Assembly (NCBI GenBank): GCA_028534125.1
Contig: CM052818.1
Coordinates: 6,512,001-6,576,000 of the forward strand
DNA: 64,000 nucleotides
Origin: Lama glama
Lineage: Eukaryota
Direction of reading: 5' to 3'
The position numbers and the translations under genes were made by a program. Of this stretch, positions 26,471 through 38,060 are shown piece by piece (position 1 is the first letter of the stretch; every line of letters starts with the position of its first letter). Below the pieces are notes generated by a model that was given only the letters and a program-made list of their open reading frames with translations, was not told the DNA's origin and ran no database searches.

Positions 26471-28688
26471 GCCCTGCTCAGTCCAGAGCTGTCACAGGCA
26501 GTGGCCCTACCTCCAGTCAGTTCTCTTCTCCCTCTCTAACTAACCTCTCCCTCACTAACCTCCATTCCGCCATCCTGCTCTGGGCTTTCTTTCCACCTCC
26601 TGACCTTTTCTTTCTCAGGCCTTTTCCTCTGTGCCCCAGAAACTCCATTCAATTGTAAATAAGCTTCTTTTCACCTTTAACCTTCTAGCTCCTTCCTTGA
26701 CTTAGCAGAGTGAAGGTATTCCCTATGGAACTTTCTTCCTTTGCTGAATTCTGAAAAGGGGACTGCTCATTCTCCCACGTCCATGGGCATGGGAAGTGGC
26801 GATGGCACGCTCCATATTCCTCAGTCCCACTTCCAAACCTTTATCCTTCCACCCTCTTGCAGAACCTCCTCCCCCTTTGAAGTTCTTATCGTCTGACCCT
26901 TTGAACAATAGCTAACACACATGGAGTGAGAGTCTTGCAACCACTAGGCGACAGGTGCCATTATCACCCCCCACCTTGCAGCAGCAGAGACGTTAAGGTC
27001 ACACATTCTAATCCCTGCAGCCTGTGCTTACCACCAAGACGTTACGTTGCCCTTTGTCTATGATCACGTACCACGTGGATAACTACCCTCCATCCTAGCC
27101 TCAGTATCTGTTCTCAGTGAGGCACGTGGGCAGACACAGGTGCATTTGGCTTGAGTCATTTGAAGAGGATTTAATAAGGAACTATTTATAAAGGTGGAGG
27201 GCAGTCTTCCTCCACCTTTTTTCATTATCATCCACCCAAAGGAGAAACATTAAATTAATTTACTAGTAACTTGACTAAGTAAATTAAATCAATTAATAAG
27301 ACATCCAGTTCACCCCAACTCAATCCATTCTTCCCACTATAGTGAAAGTTGTTTTTATAACGGGACACAGTGGGTACCTCTGGGACAGGGAAATGAATGG
27401 CTGGAAGCAGGCAGGAGGAAGACAGTTTCAGTTTTTGAATGTTGTACAAGATGCATGTATCATCTAATTTAAAAAAAATCTATATTCTTTCTTAAGCCCC
27501 TTTACATCCAATGACCCAGATTTTTACACTGGTCTAGTAAGCTGGCAGGTCTGGTCTATCCACAACCATCTCACAGATGAAGGCACTGGGCCTCAGAAAC
27601 ACAAACCTGATCACCCGACTCTGGGCTGGTACTCCCAGATCAGAGGACTGCAGCAAGTCAGTTGCCAGCTTTGGTTTAAAAAAAAAAAAGTGTATCATCT
27701 AATTTTAAAATAAAATGTGACTTTAAAAATTGACCTAAAATGCAAACATGGTCATTCTTTCCCATGCTCAAAACACTTCCGTAGCCCATCTGCCTCCAAG
27801 TCAGAATCCAAATTCATTCACATGTCACAGGAGTTCCCCCAGCATAGTTCTTTGGCCTCATCTGCACCACTTACCACCTTAAATCCTGTGTCCAGCCATG
27901 TGAATTACTGAAAAGTGAATGCATTCCCCAAACAACTTTCTTCCTCCACTGCCAGTCTGGTCATAATGCCATTTTGGATCAGGTGTCAGTTTTTGTACAC
28001 CTGCAGTGTCTACATCCTAGCATGCAAATCCTCTCCCTTCTCACTTCTCTTTTTTCTGGTGAGTTCTTCATTCTTCAAGATCCAGCTAAAACAACTTCTC
28101 CAGACTCCCGTGAGAATCACTGCGGACTTCTCCTCTGTGCCACCGCTGTAGAGGCGGTGATAAGAGCACAGGCTCTGATGCCAGACTTGCGTGGGTTTAG
28201 ATCCTGGATTTGTCACATACCAGTTGGTGACTTTGGGCAAGTTATTTAACCTCAGAGCTTCAGTTTCCTTATTTGTAAAATTGAGATTAAAACATGTAGT
28301 TCCTATCTTAGAAGGAGAGTATTCATTCACCAAATATTTACTATCTATTATATATCAAAACAAAAAAATTCCTACAGCGGCAGAACTTGTGTTAGATTTT
28401 AGAGCAGGAGTTAGCAAACTACAGCCCCTGTGCCAAATTGAGCATTTTAAATAAAGTTTCATTGGAACACAGCCACATTCATTCATTTATATATTTTCTG
28501 TGGTTACTTCCATGCTATTGTGGTTGAGATGAATGGCAGTCACATAGATTACAGGGTCTGCAGAGCCAAAAATATTTACCTTTAAGAAAATATTTATTTT
28601 AAAAAAATTTTAAATATTTATCATTAAGAAAACCCTTGCTCTGGTGAGATTGTCTATACATATAAAGTGCTTAAAATTTAAAAACATT

Positions 28689-28838
28689 GAGGGGAGGGGA
28701 TAACTCAGTGGTAGACAGCTTGCTTAGCATGCACAAGGTCCTAGGTTCAATCCCCAGAACCTCCATTAAAACAAACAAATAAACAAACAAATAAATAAAC
28801 CTAATTACCTCCCCCCACAAAAAAAATTTTTTTTAAAT
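28689..28838 (+). mobile_element. tRNA-derived SINE (camelid vic-1-like)
   Basis: ggggaggggataactcagtggtag (box A)...gcttagcatgcacaaggtcctaggttcaatcccc (box B)...aaacctaattacctcccccc plus A-rich tail. Confidence 0.85.
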
Positions 28839-30137
28839 TAGAACATCGCCTGACATTTGGGAGGCACTCAGTAGCCACCAGCTTTATTAGTTCCTGAGTA
28901 CTTTGCATAATTGCTGCATGCTCGGACACTAACACTTAACAAAACTACTCAGTAAAATTTTTTGCTGAACAAATGAATAAACAGAGAAATAAAGAGGAAC
29001 CAGAAGTTGGGGTCAAGGAAGCCACTGGAGGAAGAGTTTCAGGAAGGTGGAAGTGGTCAGCTATGTTAGGTGACAAATCAATACTGAAGAAAGACCGTCA
29101 GATTTAGCAATCAGATGAGGTGACCTAACCACGGAGCAGCTTGTGTGAAGTGGTGAGGACAGAAGCTAGACGAGGGTGGGTTTAGGAGGGAGTGGAAATG
29201 AGGAAGAAGAGATAGGAAACTAGAGATTATACAGCTATGGGACGGCAAGCATTAAAATAAAAATGAACACATTTAGTCTACTAACTGAATTTTTAAAAAT
29301 CTGCTAACCAGAAATATCAGGTTTGATATATTGGGGTATCTGATGGCTTTTCTACTCAGTTCTAAGTTTGGTGTTGGGTAGAACGTCAATGGTTAAGTTT
29401 CAAGTCCAGAACTGGAAGACAGACTTCAGGCAGAACCTTCAAGTCCAGACCATTAAAAGATATAGAATGATGATGATGATAATAAAGTAATGCTTCTTTC
29501 TTTTGTGATGTTAATCATTGTGGGATCTTAACCGGTTTGAAATGAGAATTTCAATGCAAACAGCGATGTAAATTTGCCTACACAATATTTATTATCATCA
29601 CAGAACAAAAACTATACAGGCATTTTGGGATGTTCATTCAATAAACATTTCCTGGGTACTTTGCATACACTACACATTCTAATGGATACAGATATGTGCG
29701 TAGAAAACGTAGTTAATTTGGTCATTGCTTTCCCCATCCCCTCCAGGAATTTATGATTTACTTGGTGAAAAAGGCTAATTCAAATAAGTTCAATATTTGT
29801 TATAAATGCTAAGGTACTAGCTTAGATGGCTTACAGCAGGGGCTCATAAAAATAATTTATATGAAACTATTTTGCCAGCTGTCAACTATTTGCCAACAGC
29901 TTTTACATCTATACAAATGTGCATTAAGAATAAGTGAATGATATCAACTCATAGTTGCTTTCTAGAAAACACGTATGAGACATTTAGGACCCTAAACACA
30001 TGCGTATGATTACTGAGGTTTTCTTTAAGAGGCTACAAAAGAGTATATTTAGTATGAACCTATTTTTATTAAAACATACACTATATTTTATTAAAATATA
30101 TTGTATATAGAAGAAAAGTATATAAAGATAGACATTC

Positions 30138-30251
30138 GGGGATGGTGGGTATAGCTCATAGGCAGAGTGTGTGCTTAGCATGCTCAAGGTCCCGGGTTCA
30201 ATCCCTAGTACCTCCATTAAAAAATTAATTAATTTAATTAAATTTAGAAGA
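30138..30251 (+). mobile_element. tRNA-derived SINE (camelid vic-1-like)
   Basis: tatagctcataggcagagtgtgtgcttagcatgctcaaggtcccgggttcaatccc. 14-bp TSD aaagata(g/c)acattc at 30124-30137 and 30252-30265. Confidence 0.85.
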
Positions 30252-32891
30252 AAAGATACACATTCAGGATATTAACAGGGGTTATACCTGGCAGGTGGGA
30301 TTACTGGGATATCATTTTCCTTGCTATACTTTTTTGCACTTTAACTGTTTATATAATGAACAGGACTTACTTTTATAATCACTAATAACAATGGAACAAA
30401 ACCATTGAGTATTAACTACTGCATGTTACAAGCATGAAATCTGTGTGCTTATAAGCTAGAGGTTTTTACATTCTTTAGATCGTCCAATGTTTGCTTGTTA
30501 CATGAATAGCAACAAAAATTTCTCAGCCTAGAAATTTTAGCAGATGACATAACAAAGACATGTGTCTAGAAGTTAACTCTGTTGGTTAGTCTTCTGCAAG
30601 GTGGCAAACCAACAAGACACCTGCTGTGAAACACTGGGATTTACTTAAATCAAGGAGTGCTGTGCATACAACAAATGAATATAGTGTCAGTCACTTAGTT
30701 TGACTGCATGTAAGACACTGGTAAAAAGGGGTTAAACAATAAAGATTTACTATTTCACATAACTTAAAGGCCAGAGGTACACGGGTTCCAAGTCTGGTTA
30801 ACTCAGTAGCTCAGCAATTTCAGGATTGTCGGTCAGCTCTCCTTTGACTGTCCTGGCTCTCCTCTTCCTGGTAGACCTGAACATCACTGTCTCACAAGAG
30901 AAATGACGGCAGGAGTGGAGGGAGTGGGGACCATTCCCTTTTACCCTGTATCTCTCTTTTTTTTAGGAATTCAAATCTTTCCCAGAATTTTCCTAGCAGA
31001 CATTCCTGCATTTTATTGGCCACTTTGTGACAGTTCAGTATAAAGGAAAACAGGGGAGAAAGTAGCACTCACTCAAAAGGAAAAACCACAGCCACTCCTG
31101 AACCAAGAACCCGAGGAAGGGATGACGGTCATTGCCGTAGACCAGCAGCATAAGGTAGAATTTAATGTGAGCCATAACGCAAGATATATGTATGGATATA
31201 TCTACTCAGCTTCCTGAATAGTTTTTGGAAAGCTAAAAGCAGGTCTTCATATTCTCCTTCATGAATGAGTTTCCACGTTGATAAGCAGCACTGCCGCCCA
31301 TCACTGCAATGAGAAGTAAGTGCCAAGCATGCATCCGATATTATTTCAACAAAGCCACCTTTGTTACGGAATTTGGACTCTGAGTTCCTCAGATATGGTT
31401 CTGGATGTGACCCTGACTGTCTGTGTGGTCTTGATTGAGTCACTTGGCCTATCTGATCCCCAGTTTCCTCATCTTAAAACATGTGGATCTTTAATGTCCT
31501 TTGAACTCCATTACTCCATGACTTTATATTACAGTTCAACTGGGGACCTTCTCAGGCTGTATCTGAAACCAGAAAGCTGAGTCAGCAATACACAAGAAGT
31601 CATTCAGAAGGGCACTTTCTCTGATTTCACAGGGCAATACGTACTTGTAGAGGGACAGAAAGAAGGCAAGCTATGGTGACTTGTCGTTCACTCAGTAAGT
31701 ATTATAGTGACTTTCTATTGAATAATGGAGCAAAATATGTGATCCCTGCTCTCAGTGAGCTTACAGTCCAGTGGGAGGCAATCTAGATAAGCAGAGAGCA
31801 AATTATGAAACGTGTAAAGAGGGTTAGGACAGAGGGAGACAAGGATGTACATGGGAAGAGCACTAGCCTAGCTAAGGGGAGGTAAGAGACACCTTTCTGG
31901 AGCAAATGACACCTGGCTAGAAAGAAGAGTACTTGGTTGTCCCTCCTGGCATCATGGGAAATTGCCTAACCTACAGGGCATCTCATTCTACGCTTTATCT
32001 GCTTCTCTCCTTTGACTTACTGTTTTTCTATTCCTTTCTTCATTGCCTTTGCTCAGCCACTTGAATGTCTAGGATCTGGTGAGAGGACCACAGGGAAACT
32101 CTAGCAGCAAACTCAAGGTTTCTACTTTGGATCCTTCCACCACCATTATTTCCATAATTGCCATAACCTCCACCACAATCGCCACCACCATCACCACGAT
32201 TACCTTCATCACCACCACTTAACCGTTCCGTCATCACCTCCCCCGTCAAGAGCACGATCTCTGCCACCATCAAAAAAGCATACAAGTAAGCCTTGCTTTA
32301 ATCCCAAAATGATGTATAAAATCTGAGTTAATACAATGAACAAATGAAGGGCTGATTATTTGCTTTTCTGAATTGTTCAATCTATAGCAACTGTGAATAG
32401 TTATGTTTCCCTAGCATTTTTTATATGTGCTTTGGGTTTTGTTTTTTTTTAAACATTTTAATTGTCTAGATCTCTTTAGGAATATACCTATTTTAAGAAG
32501 TAAGGCATATCAGAGACAGCATTTTCATGCTGAGAAAGAAGGGAAAGCATAATAAGTTCATAAGGTCTCTTTCTTCATTCACTAAATTATTGAGAAGAGT
32601 TGTATAGCACAAATCTATTAAACATTAATAGCTTTATTTACATGGCCATAAATCAGTGACCATAATAACAGAATTTAATTCTATCAACAGTACTCCTATA
32701 CATAATAGTATATTTATATATAAAATATAATACTTACATAATATATATGATATGTATTTATATATAGTATATTTGTATATTTGATATTTATCATGTATTT
32801 GTATAAATAAATATACAACACATCATAGATATGTGATCAATGTATATTGCTATCATAAATATCCTCTTATTGTGAAATTTGCATTGGAGAC

Positions 32892-33829
32892 TGAAAAGTA
32901 GACTGTGAAAATGGTTACAAATTCCTCTCTTCCTGTACACACATCCCTTGCCATGTGACCTTGCTATCCCTCTCGTTAAGAAGGAGAGTTTATTTCCCTG
33001 CTTCTTGACTTTTTTTTTAATGTAAAATACATTTTTTTATTGTGGTCAACTTCAAAAAACATTGGAAAACTGCTATTTAATTTTATTTTAAATTTTCATT
33101 TATTTTTTTTTAAATTGAAGTATAGTCAGTTACAATGTGTCAATTTCTGGTGTACAGCATAATGTCCCAGCCATACATATACATACATATATTTGTTTCA
33201 TTAAAAGTTATTACAAGGTACTGAATATAGTTCCCTGTGCTATACAGAAGAAATTTGGTTTTTTAATCTATTTTTATGTATAGTAACTAATGTTTGCAAA
33301 TCTCAAACTCCCAAGTTTATCCCTTCCCATCCCCTTCCCATCTGGGTAACCATGAGATTGTTTACTATGTCTGTGAGTCTGTTTCTGTTTCGTAGATAAG
33401 TTCATTCGTGTCTCCTTTTTGACTTTTGATTCTGGGTTGGCCATGTGACTTCTTTGGCTAACGAAATAGTATTAACAAATGGGATATAAGCAGAGACTTG
33501 AAAAATGCATGCACTTTGGGGTTTACCCTCTTGCTGATGTGGGAACCCTGCCACCACCACCATGTGATCTAACCTGAGCAGATCTGCTGGAGGATAACTG
33601 ATCACGTGGAGCAGAGCTGAGCTAATCCAGCTCAGGCCCTACTAAACCAATCAGCCTGCCAGTCACCAGATATATGAGAGACCATCCTAGAGCAGCCATC
33701 CCCAGCTGAGTGGGCCGAGGCCAGAGAAGTCACCCAGTCAAAAGACCAGAGACTCGTGAGAAATAATAGTATGTTTTAAGCCACAAAAGTGTTTAGTGGT
33801 TTGTTATACAGCAAAAGCTAACTGATACA
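32892..33829 (+). mobile_element. MaLR (MLT1F/H-like) LTR interrupted by an L1 insertion
   Basis: ccatgtgaccttgc...ggccatgtgacttctttggc...tgttttaagcca...ggtttgttatacagcaaaagctaactgataca. Confidence 0.8.
33014..33414 (-). mobile_element. Cetartiodactyl-type L1 3' end with probable short 3' transduction, nested in the MLT1 LTR
   Basis: L1 3' UTR (ttgaagtatagtcagttacaatgtgtcaatttctggtgtacagc...tatagttccctgtgctatacag). TSD ctt(c/t)ttgactttt at 33001-33013 and 33415-33427. Confidence 0.8.
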
Positions 33830-35155
33830 AGGATCACATCTTACTGAGTTTTGGTTTCCTTTTTTCCCTTTATCCATTCCAAAAAGTTTGGGTAAAACAT
33901 TTGGTTAACTGGAGCCACAGTTGCCACAAACATATACGCTTTCATTTTCTTCCAATTCTACAAGCTTATATTCTCTTATATTATTAAGCTTCCTTTCTCA
34001 CTTGTGATCATCATAGAAGAAAGGGGCTAGGGAATAAAGGTAGTATAAAGGAGGCAAGATGTTAAGAGTGAGAAGGGAGCTGGAGGTATGAAATAAGGTG
34101 GTGACGATGAGATGCTGAGGCCAGAAAGAGAGGTTGGTACAATTCATAAAATGGTGACTAACTTCTTGGAAGTTTGTTCTATTAAATGAGAATCTCTATG
34201 AAACTCCCTGGCACTGACTCCAGATGTCCCTATGTTAAATTGTAAACATACATTCTAAAATTCCCCTGTGTTCTATTCCTTAGTTCCTCTCAATCTTTTT
34301 CACTATCCTAAATATGGCTTTCTATTTTGGTAGTTAGATTTTTTTGGCTGTAAGTGACAGAAGCCCAACTTGATCTAAAAAGGCCAGATCAACCTCAAGC
34401 TTCAGGCAAGGTTGAATCTTGTTGCTCAAATGATGTCCTCAGGGAACTGACCCTCCATCTCTGTCTCTACGTTCTGCTTTCCTATGTTTTGGACCCCCTG
34501 TATCCCTCAATCCCTGACCTATTCTGTGGGTCTCAGAGTTGAGTGGTGGCAACTGTCTAGTCTCTCCACCTTGGGTGACCAAGCCCTCTTCCTGTTACCC
34601 TAATCATGTTAAAGGCACTAAGATCCATCCAATTTCCCAAGTCAAAGACTTGGAAGTTATCCCAGACCTTACCATTAGTCTCCATATCTAATAGATCATA
34701 AAGCCAAGTCATTTCCATCCCATCTGTGCCTTTGGAATTCCTTTTCCTTCTTTGTGGCCAACGCCACTGTGCTTTGTCATGCATTGTTATTCCTGTACTG
34801 GAAGAAGAAAATTTCTCCCTAACCAGTCTTTGTTTTGCCTCCTGCAAACCATCCTCCATGCCTGGAGTAATCGATTAAAAATGTAAATCTGAGTGATTAT
34901 GTAACTTGTATAAGCTGCTCCATAAATTTGGGGGTACAAACATGATCCCAGTTGGTGATTTTTCCAGTGGATCTCTTGAAGCCCAGCTGCCCTGTTAGCA
35001 GAAATCCCACTTATCTTAGGTTGAGTTCCCTAGAAACAGAGCCTGAGCTGGGGATAAGTGTTGTTATTTGCTGTTATTTTAAGGGCCTCCTTGTTTCCTG
35101 GCATAGGGCTGTGGCTGAGCCCACTCTAATCCACTTTGTTTGGCCTAGCTATATA

Positions 35156-35247
35156 TTTTTATTTTGTTTTGTTTTAATGGAGGTACTGAGGATTGAACCC
35201 AGGGCCTCTTGCATGCTAGGCATGCACTCTACCACTTGAGCTAACCC
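35156..35247 (-). mobile_element. tRNA-derived SINE (camelid vic-1-like)
   Basis: aatggaggtactgaggattgaacccagggcctcttgcatgctaggcatgcactctaccacttgagcta. Confidence 0.85.
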
Positions 35248-35457
35248 TACAAACTGCCGTAACTGTAAAACATTCTTGGGGCAGGAGATTGGTCTTTCCT
35301 CCCAAGAGGCCAAGGCGCTCCTCATGCAAAGTGCTGTGTACCTGGTGCTCTGCTTCCTTGGGGTCTCAGAGCGGGCCCTTTTCCAGTCAAAAAGGATAAT
35401 TTAAAAAAATTGAAATATAGTTGATTTACAATGTTGTAATAAAGGATTCTTGTATGT

Positions 35458-35730
35458 CAGAGGTGAAAAACTCAAATGCCTACCAGAGCCAGCAGCCTGA
35501 TGGACAGGACAGCCATCACTTAGCAACAATTAATTGTTACCAAGTGGGAATTTGGCACTCACATTCCCCGCATCTTTGGAGTTTTTTCAGGAAGATTCAA
35601 AAATCTTGATTTTTATGTGAATTACTCTGATTTTACACTGTTAGCTTGATTTAAAAAAAAAAAAAAAGCAGGCAAAACAAAATTGTCTGGGGCCTTATCT
35701 GACCCAGGGGTGATCAGTTTGTAAATCCCC
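35458..35730. mobile_element. Old hAT-Charlie element fragment
   Basis: cagaggtgaaaaactcaaatgcc...aaaatcttgatttttatgtgaa...cagtttgtaaatcccc. Confidence 0.5.
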
Positions 35731-36749
35731 AAACAATGGAAGCCCACTTACCCCATATTTGCATAACTATGGGGCCACTGCAATGAGTGGGACCCGACAA
35801 AGCTCAGCTGTGAAACAGCTACAAAAGAATCCAAGACTTCAAGAGAGTCTAACCTCCTTTGGCATGTCCTGTGCAGCCTCTCTGACCTGGCCTCCTGCTC
35901 TGCCTTTCCGTTACCCTGGCTCCCCACGCTGTCACACCTTAGGGGCTGCGAGTTCACAGGGCTGTCAGTTATCTAAGCCTCTCACCTTCCTTCAAGATCT
36001 GGCTCGAACTTCCCTTTCTCTGGTCAGCCTTCCTTTCCCTGATCTCTGCTTTCTCTCCTGCTTCCCCCGTGTTTTAGAGCAGTTATGCCATTGCCTCGAT
36101 GTTTTCTTTACAGGTCTGTTTCCTCACCTGACCAAATCCCTAGAAGGCATTCATTGATCAATGTACCCCCATAGCCTCATAGGGTACGTGGCACTTTAAA
36201 CGCAGGTGGAAGGAATGGGCCTCCAGCTTGAAAAATAATGAACAGAACATAGCTTTTCACATGCCAGAAAAACAGTAATTTTATTTTAAGAAAATAAGCT
36301 GAAACTTGGTGTTTAAGAGAAGGAGAGAGAAAAACCCCTCTGCATACTGTCATTTTTTAAATGACCACATATTTGTGAAAAACAGTTGAAAAGAATAAGT
36401 TTTTATACTTCCTCAGCCTTGGACATAGCAGAGGCTTCTAAGAAGAGTTCTTGAACAGGAGAATGTCTAAACTGATCCGTCGCACTGCTTTTCTCCCAGA
36501 CCTCAGAGGTTCCCAGGGCTCTTATAGTCGGGGATGTTTGCTGTCTCCGGTGGGGGGAACAGGGAATCAGCTTCTCCGAATGAAACAGCACTTCTTCAGA
36601 GGCGGAGGCCTTACTAGGGAGAGCGAGCAGCCACAGCCGAAAAGACCCTTTGCATAACCTACTCTTAAATTGAGGCTGAAACTCTAGAGGCAAACCAAAC
36701 CCTAAGCGGTTACGTTTTCTCGACAAGGTCGCCCAGCCCTGTCAATCAT

Positions 36750-38060
36750 TTCCTGCTTTCTCTCCCTCCCCAAAGCGCGCGTGCACACACACACGAGTTT
36801 CGGTGGACCGCTACCTTGACTTTGAGCTTGTCTCCTACCCGAAGTGGAGCACCTCGGGAAGCAGAGAGGTTGGCGTTTCATTCATAATACATGAACTCAA
36901 GACACTAAGGAGGCATGGACAAGAGCCTTTCAGCTCTGCTATTTAAAATCCCAGCGTTGCAGCTGAAAGGGAAAATGACCCGCGAGTGAACGCATTGGGG
37001 ATGAAGTATTCACGATAGCGGGACTAGAGAGCGCGTCAGCGGCCCGCCCGCCGGCTATTTATACCGCGCCGATTATGCAATCCAGCTCCAGCCATTCATG
37101 CCCGGACTGGGACTCCGAGCGCCGGGGGGTGGGGGGGGTGGAGAGGGGCGGAGGGGGAGATCGCTCTCGGGCGCCGGGTCAGTTTCTAAGTTTGCATCAT
37201 TCCCTTGATTACGAGAGAGCTTGGGTTTCCATTTCGGCCCGCGGGTCTAGGGGAAGGCAGCCGGGCTGCAAACTCGTTTGGCACACCCTGGCACACACGA
37301 CTGCTTATTTAAACAGAATAATAAAGCCACCCCAGCGCCCCGGGCGCGGCCAAGCGGCGTGCAGGGCTGGGCTCGCGGCAGACCGGAAGGAACTGATAAA
37401 GCGGGAGCTAATGATACCCGCTCCCTCCCGGTCGGAAGTGTCCTCCGAGCGCCGGTCATTGAGAAATACCGAAGGGGCAGAATGGGGGTGAGGTGAGGAC
37501 AGGCGGGGCGCAGCTGCGCGCGCCTCGCGGCGGGGGGGGGGGGAGCCGGGGCGCCGCTGCAGTGGGAAGCTATTGCCGGCCGCGGCCGGGCGGCACAAAC
37601 CTTACGGCACAGTGGAGTCCTCCCCTGATCACCCCGCACCCCCGGGACCCCCGCAGGAGAGGGGAATGATTATCACCAGCCCACCCCCGGGAGATCTACA
37701 CTCTCCACCCTACCAGACCCCTAGGGGCGAGAATTGGGAGGACGCAGAGATGGGGCGAAGGACACGAAAGACAGCGGCTTGCTGAGAAGGAGAAAATGTC
37801 CGCTTCTCCCGGCGCCCGTGCGGGGAGGGAAGGGGCGGGGGCCGCGGCCCGCTTCCGAGTGAAACAAGACCTGCGGGTCTACTGAGCATGCCCGTCCCGC
37901 CGCCGCCGCCGAGGGTCGCTCCGGTTCCGGGCTCCGGGCTTTCCTGGCGGCCAACGGGGAGAATTCAGGAGGGGGTGCTCCCCCGCCCCGGACTCTAGAT
38001 TGAGAGGCGGGTAAGTGGGGGTCCTGCTGGGGGCTCCGCTGGGTTAGCGTGAAGTTGTAA
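36750..38060. promoter_or_regulatory. Second CpG island, candidate divergent (minus-strand) promoter or enhancer upstream of SPRED2
   Basis: CpG/GC-rich. Minus-strand TATAAATA 37056-37063, TTATGCAAT 37073-37081, minus-strand TGATGCAAA 37191-37199, ETS ACCGGAAG 37382-37389 and CGGAAGTG 37433-37440, G-run cluster 37124-37157. Confidence 0.75.

Noticed and set aside
27190..27223. Rho-independent terminator-like hairpin plus T-run
   Set aside because: This is eukaryotic intergenic DNA with no evidence of bacterial sequence.
28689..28765. tRNA gene-like sequence (box A/box B)
   Set aside because: Part of a multi-copy SINE with an A-rich tail; no intact cloverleaf acceptor stem.
32040..32285. Gly-rich ORF (GGDEGNRGDGGGDCGGGYGNYG) resembling an hnRNP or keratin tail
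   Set aside because: Explained by decayed (CAC/CAT)n low-complexity sequence. No flanking domain, TSD or poly(A) tail.
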